A stretch of 28,845 bases of DNA from a virus (taxonomy: Duplodnaviria; Caudoviricetes): positions 1 to 28,845 of the IMG/VR virus record IMGVR_UViG_3300022895_000023, one strand, 5' to 3'. Within the stretch, counting starts at the first letter, position 1. Each line of letters begins with the position of its first letter. The notes beneath the pieces were generated by a model, which was given only the letters and a program-made list of their open reading frames with translations, made no database searches and was not told the origin of the DNA. Made by a program: the position numbers and the translations under genes. Positions 26,179 to 28,845 of the stretch are shown one piece after another.

Positions 26179-27762
26179 TTATTCCGGTATATATTCCTGC
26201 GGATTCACGCCAGAGGGTGCGCCCCTCCAACCTGCCGCCGCTATACGGTCAATCATGTTTTTAGCAGAAACAAAGTTCCAAGTTCCAACATGCTGGAATC
26301 CGTATTTTTCCAGGCAGCGGATCTGCTTTGGTGTACTCAAATTTTCTTCCTGACGCTTGTGTAAACGGTCCAGGATGAGACTAGCCTTTCCTGCATTGTC
26401 GATCTGATCAGGGAGGATCCCACGCTTTTCAAGCTCTCTTTTCTGGCTGTCTGATGGTGGCGCCATTTCCCAGCCAAAGGCCGGTACATATCCTGACAAA
26501 TCCTCTGCCTGAATACTCATTTCAAATTGCAGCGGATCCACCAGCTTCTTTTTGCGGTTTCTCATTTCCTTAAGCTGCTTTGCAAGAGCTTCCTCTCTTT
26601 GAGCGACAACATCTTCTGCCGCCTGTTTTTCAGCCTCTTCAATATCCATAGGACAGCCGGCCTTTTCGATGTTCTCGGTCATTTTCCGGGCCACTTCCTC
26701 ATCCTGGCAGATCAGGCTTGCAGGATGGCATAGTTCATGGCGTTCCGTGTGCCATAGGAAGTCTAATAATAATAAATGGTCTTTCCCTGGGAATAATCTG
26801 GTACCACGCCCTACCATCTGGCTGTAAAGGCTACGGACCTTCGTCGGCCGTAGGACCACAATGCAATCTACACTTGGACAGTCCCAGCCTTCCGTAAGAA
26901 GCATCGAGTTGCAGAGAACGTTATAATCTCCTCGTTCATAGGCTGCCAGGACCTCCGCACGGTCTTTGCTGTCGCCGTTTACCTCGGCAGCCTTAAATCC
27001 CTTTTCATTCAAGATATCCCGGAATTTCTGGCTTGTTTTTACCAAAGGAAGGAATATAACGGTCTTCCGATCCCTGCAGTGTTTTTCCATTTCATCTGCA
27101 ATCTGATACAGATATGGATCCAGGGCCGTTGCGAGATCTCCGGATTTAAAGTCCCCGGACTGCATACCAACTCCTGAAAGATCAAGCTGCAGGGGAATGG
27201 TGAGGGCTTTGATTGGGGCTAAGAACCCGGCCTTAATTGCTTTGGGTAGCGTGTATTCATAGGCCAGACTGTCAAAGCATTCACCCAGGTTTCTCATATC
27301 GCCCCGGTCCGGTGTGGCTGTGACACCCAGTATATTGGCCCCTTTGAAATAATCCAGAATCTTTTGGTAACTGTCAGATAAACAATGATGTGCTTCGTCG
27401 ATAATGATGGTGTCGAAATAATCCACCGGGAACTGTTTTAATCTCTTTTCTCTCATTAGGCTCTGGACGGATCCGACTACAACCCGGAACCAACTCCCCA
27501 GGCAGGTTTCCTCTGCCTTCTCGGTAGCGCACCCAAGGCCCGTTGCTTTTCCGATCTTATCAGCAGCCTGATCCAATAGCTCCCCACGGTGAGCCAGGAT
27601 TAACACCCGGTTCCCCCTTCGGACACAATCCTCTGTAACTTTGGCAAATACGATTGTCTTACCGCACCCGGTGGGGAGGACCAGGAGCGTCCGTCTGACG
27701 CCCTTGTCCCATTCTTCAAAAACAGCAGCCTTTGCCTCTGACTGATATGGTCTAAGCTCCAT
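26179..27762 (-). CDS. SF2 DEAD/DEAH-box helicase
   Basis: LPTGCGKT, DEAHH, TAT and QMVGRGTR motifs. Confidence 0.95.
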   Translation of the reverse strand: MELRPYQSEAKAAVFEEWDKGVRRTLLVLPTGCGKTIVFAKVTEDCVRRGNRVLILAHRGELLDQAADKIGKATGLGCATEKAEETCLGSWFRVVVGSVQSLMREKRLKQFPVDYFDTIIIDEAHHCLSDSYQKILDYFKGANILGVTATPDRGDMRNLGECFDSLAYEYTLPKAIKAGFLAPIKALTIPLQLDLSGVGMQSGDFKSGDLATALDPYLYQIADEMEKHCRDRKTVIFLPLVKTSQKFRDILNEKGFKAAEVNGDSKDRAEVLAAYERGDYNVLCNSMLLTEGWDCPSVDCIVVLRPTKVRSLYSQMVGRGTRLFPGKDHLLLLDFLWHTERHELCHPASLICQDEEVARKMTENIEKAGCPMDIEEAEKQAAEDVVAQREEALAKQLKEMRNRKKKLVDPLQFEMSIQAEDLSGYVPAFGWEMAPPSDSQKRELEKRGILPDQIDNAGKASLILDRLHKRQEENLSTPKQIRCLEKYGFQHVGTWNFVSAKNMIDRIAAAGWRGAPSGVNPQEYIPE

Positions 27763-27764
27763 AG

Positions 27765-28217
27765 TTAAAATGTCCCCGCTTTAAATTGTTTAGGCTCATA
27801 AGGAAGGTATTTGGAAACCTTATTATTCTTCCTGGTCTTTCCCTCCTTGTCCTTATACTCATCTATGTACAGTTCCAGTTTTCCGGTAGAGCCAGGAACC
27901 GTATTCCAGTTAGGCTTTAAAGGCTCCCCTTTCTTCTTCTGACCAATACAAAGGAAGAACTGACTTAACTTCCATTCAGCCTTTGAATTAAGGTACAGGC
28001 TATCAAACATATGACGATCATTGCCATCTGCATCCTTAATCAGTAAATCGATGTTAGCCATATTGCAGGCTGCCATCTTGGCGCTTCCTGCGAATCTGCC
28101 CCGATCCATAGAGGCCACAGTAAACTCATATATTCCTTCTGGTAAGGGCTCGTACTCCTGACCTTCGTTTTCGATCTGATCGTCCCAGCCTATTTCTCTT
28201 CCAATTTCTTCACTCAT
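27765..28217 (-). CDS. DUF669-like putative ssDNA-binding protein
   Basis: YEPLPEGIYEFTV motif; position between the AAA ATPase and the helicase. Confidence 0.7.
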   Translation of the reverse strand: MSEEIGREIGWDDQIENEGQEYEPLPEGIYEFTVASMDRGRFAGSAKMAACNMANIDLLIKDADGNDRHMFDSLYLNSKAEWKLSQFFLCIGQKKKGEPLKPNWNTVPGSTGKLELYIDEYKDKEGKTRKNNKVSKYLPYEPKQFKAGTF

Positions 28218-28231
28218 AAATCGTTACCTCC

Positions 28232-28845
28232 TTAATTAAATACCAAGCTGTCAGTTTCTTTCATTTCTTTGATCATGCCAAACACCTGATCCCAGGCTCC
28301 CACCAATACTCCGGCAATAAAATCCGGAGGATAATCAGCGACCGCCATATCTGCGGGGAAGTATCCCCTGGCAGCCACAACATTCTGGATGTCCCACTCG
28401 TCAACCTGATTATTGATCATCAGATCCCGAAGGGCTTTCGGGATCCTCTCGTCAACCTTCACATCCGGAGGAGTCACAGGTTCTGACTTTGTTTCCATCG
28501 GTGGATCTGCCTTCTCTTCCTTTGGAGGCTCCTGAATGCTTTTACTTACTGTACTCCCGGATTCTTCCTGCCTCGTCTGTGAAGTGGATGGGGCTGCTTT
28601 TCGCTCTTCCTTTGCAGGTGTTGCTGGACCTGTTGATTCTTCAACAATGTGACGAACGGCATCATATTCAAATGGAACTTCATCAGGGAGCCCATACCGG
28701 TTCTTAGCATCCCAGCAAGAGTGATGGGTCGTGTACATAACACGTCTGCCGCCCTGAGCTTTGTTCTTGCCCTTCTGGGCGCCTTGTCCATCCACGTTGA
28801 CAACCATCGTCTTATAATTACAGAAGAGGACCATATCCGCCCATT
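28232..28845 (-). CDS. AAA_24/Sak4-like ATPase recombinase, C-terminal part (starts outside window)
   Basis: Frame is open to the window edge: WADMVLFCNYKT...RRVMYTTHHSCWDAKNRYGLP. Confidence 0.8.
   Translation of the reverse strand, partial: WADMVLFCNYKTMVVNVDGQGAQKGKNKAQGGRRVMYTTHHSCWDAKNRYGLPDEVPFEYDAVRHIVEESTGPATPAKEERKAAPSTSQTRQEESGSTVSKSIQEPPKEEKADPPMETKSEPVTPPDVKVDERIPKALRDLMINNQVDEWDIQNVVAARGYFPADMAVADYPPDFIAGVLVGAWDQVFGMIKEMKETDSLVFN

Larger units (their letters stand above)
1..28845 (-). mobile_element. Temperate siphovirus-like prophage (replication through tail modules; both ends lie outside the window)
   Basis: Co-oriented helicase, primase, RusA, terminase, portal, capsid, tail and tape-measure genes in canonical order. 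No integrase, att site or lysis genes in the window. Confidence 0.97.

Overview
This window is the middle of a temperate siphovirus-type prophage. Gene content and strong AGGAGG ribosome-binding sites suggest a Firmicutes/Clostridia (Lachnospiraceae-like) host, which is an inference. Essentially all real genes are on the minus strand. In the direction of transcription (right to left) the order is: (1) replication/recombination genes (AAA_24-type ATPase cut by the window edge, DUF669-like ssDNA-binding protein, SF2 helicase, primase-helicase, repeat-rich origin, RusA); (2) DNA methyltransferases (an intact adenine MTase and a circularly permuted, inactivated C5 MTase); (3) an AT-rich accessory gene (zinc ribbon plus NDT/TIR-like domain) flanked by an 18/19-bp inverted repeat built into its own promoter and terminator; (4) a late activator and an AT-rich two-gene membrane moron; (5) terminase, portal, a MuF minor capsid protein with a JAB-like C-terminal extension and a small downstream ORF, scaffold, major capsid and head-tail genes; (6) the tail module. 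Several small ORFs missing from the ORF track were read by hand. The most striking unannotated element is a Com-like zinc-ribbon microprotein gene, followed by tandem TGTGCC repeats and a hairpin that hides the tape-measure ribosome-binding site. This looks like a Mu Com/mom-type translational switch controlling tail assembly. All family names come from motif recognition; no database search was run.
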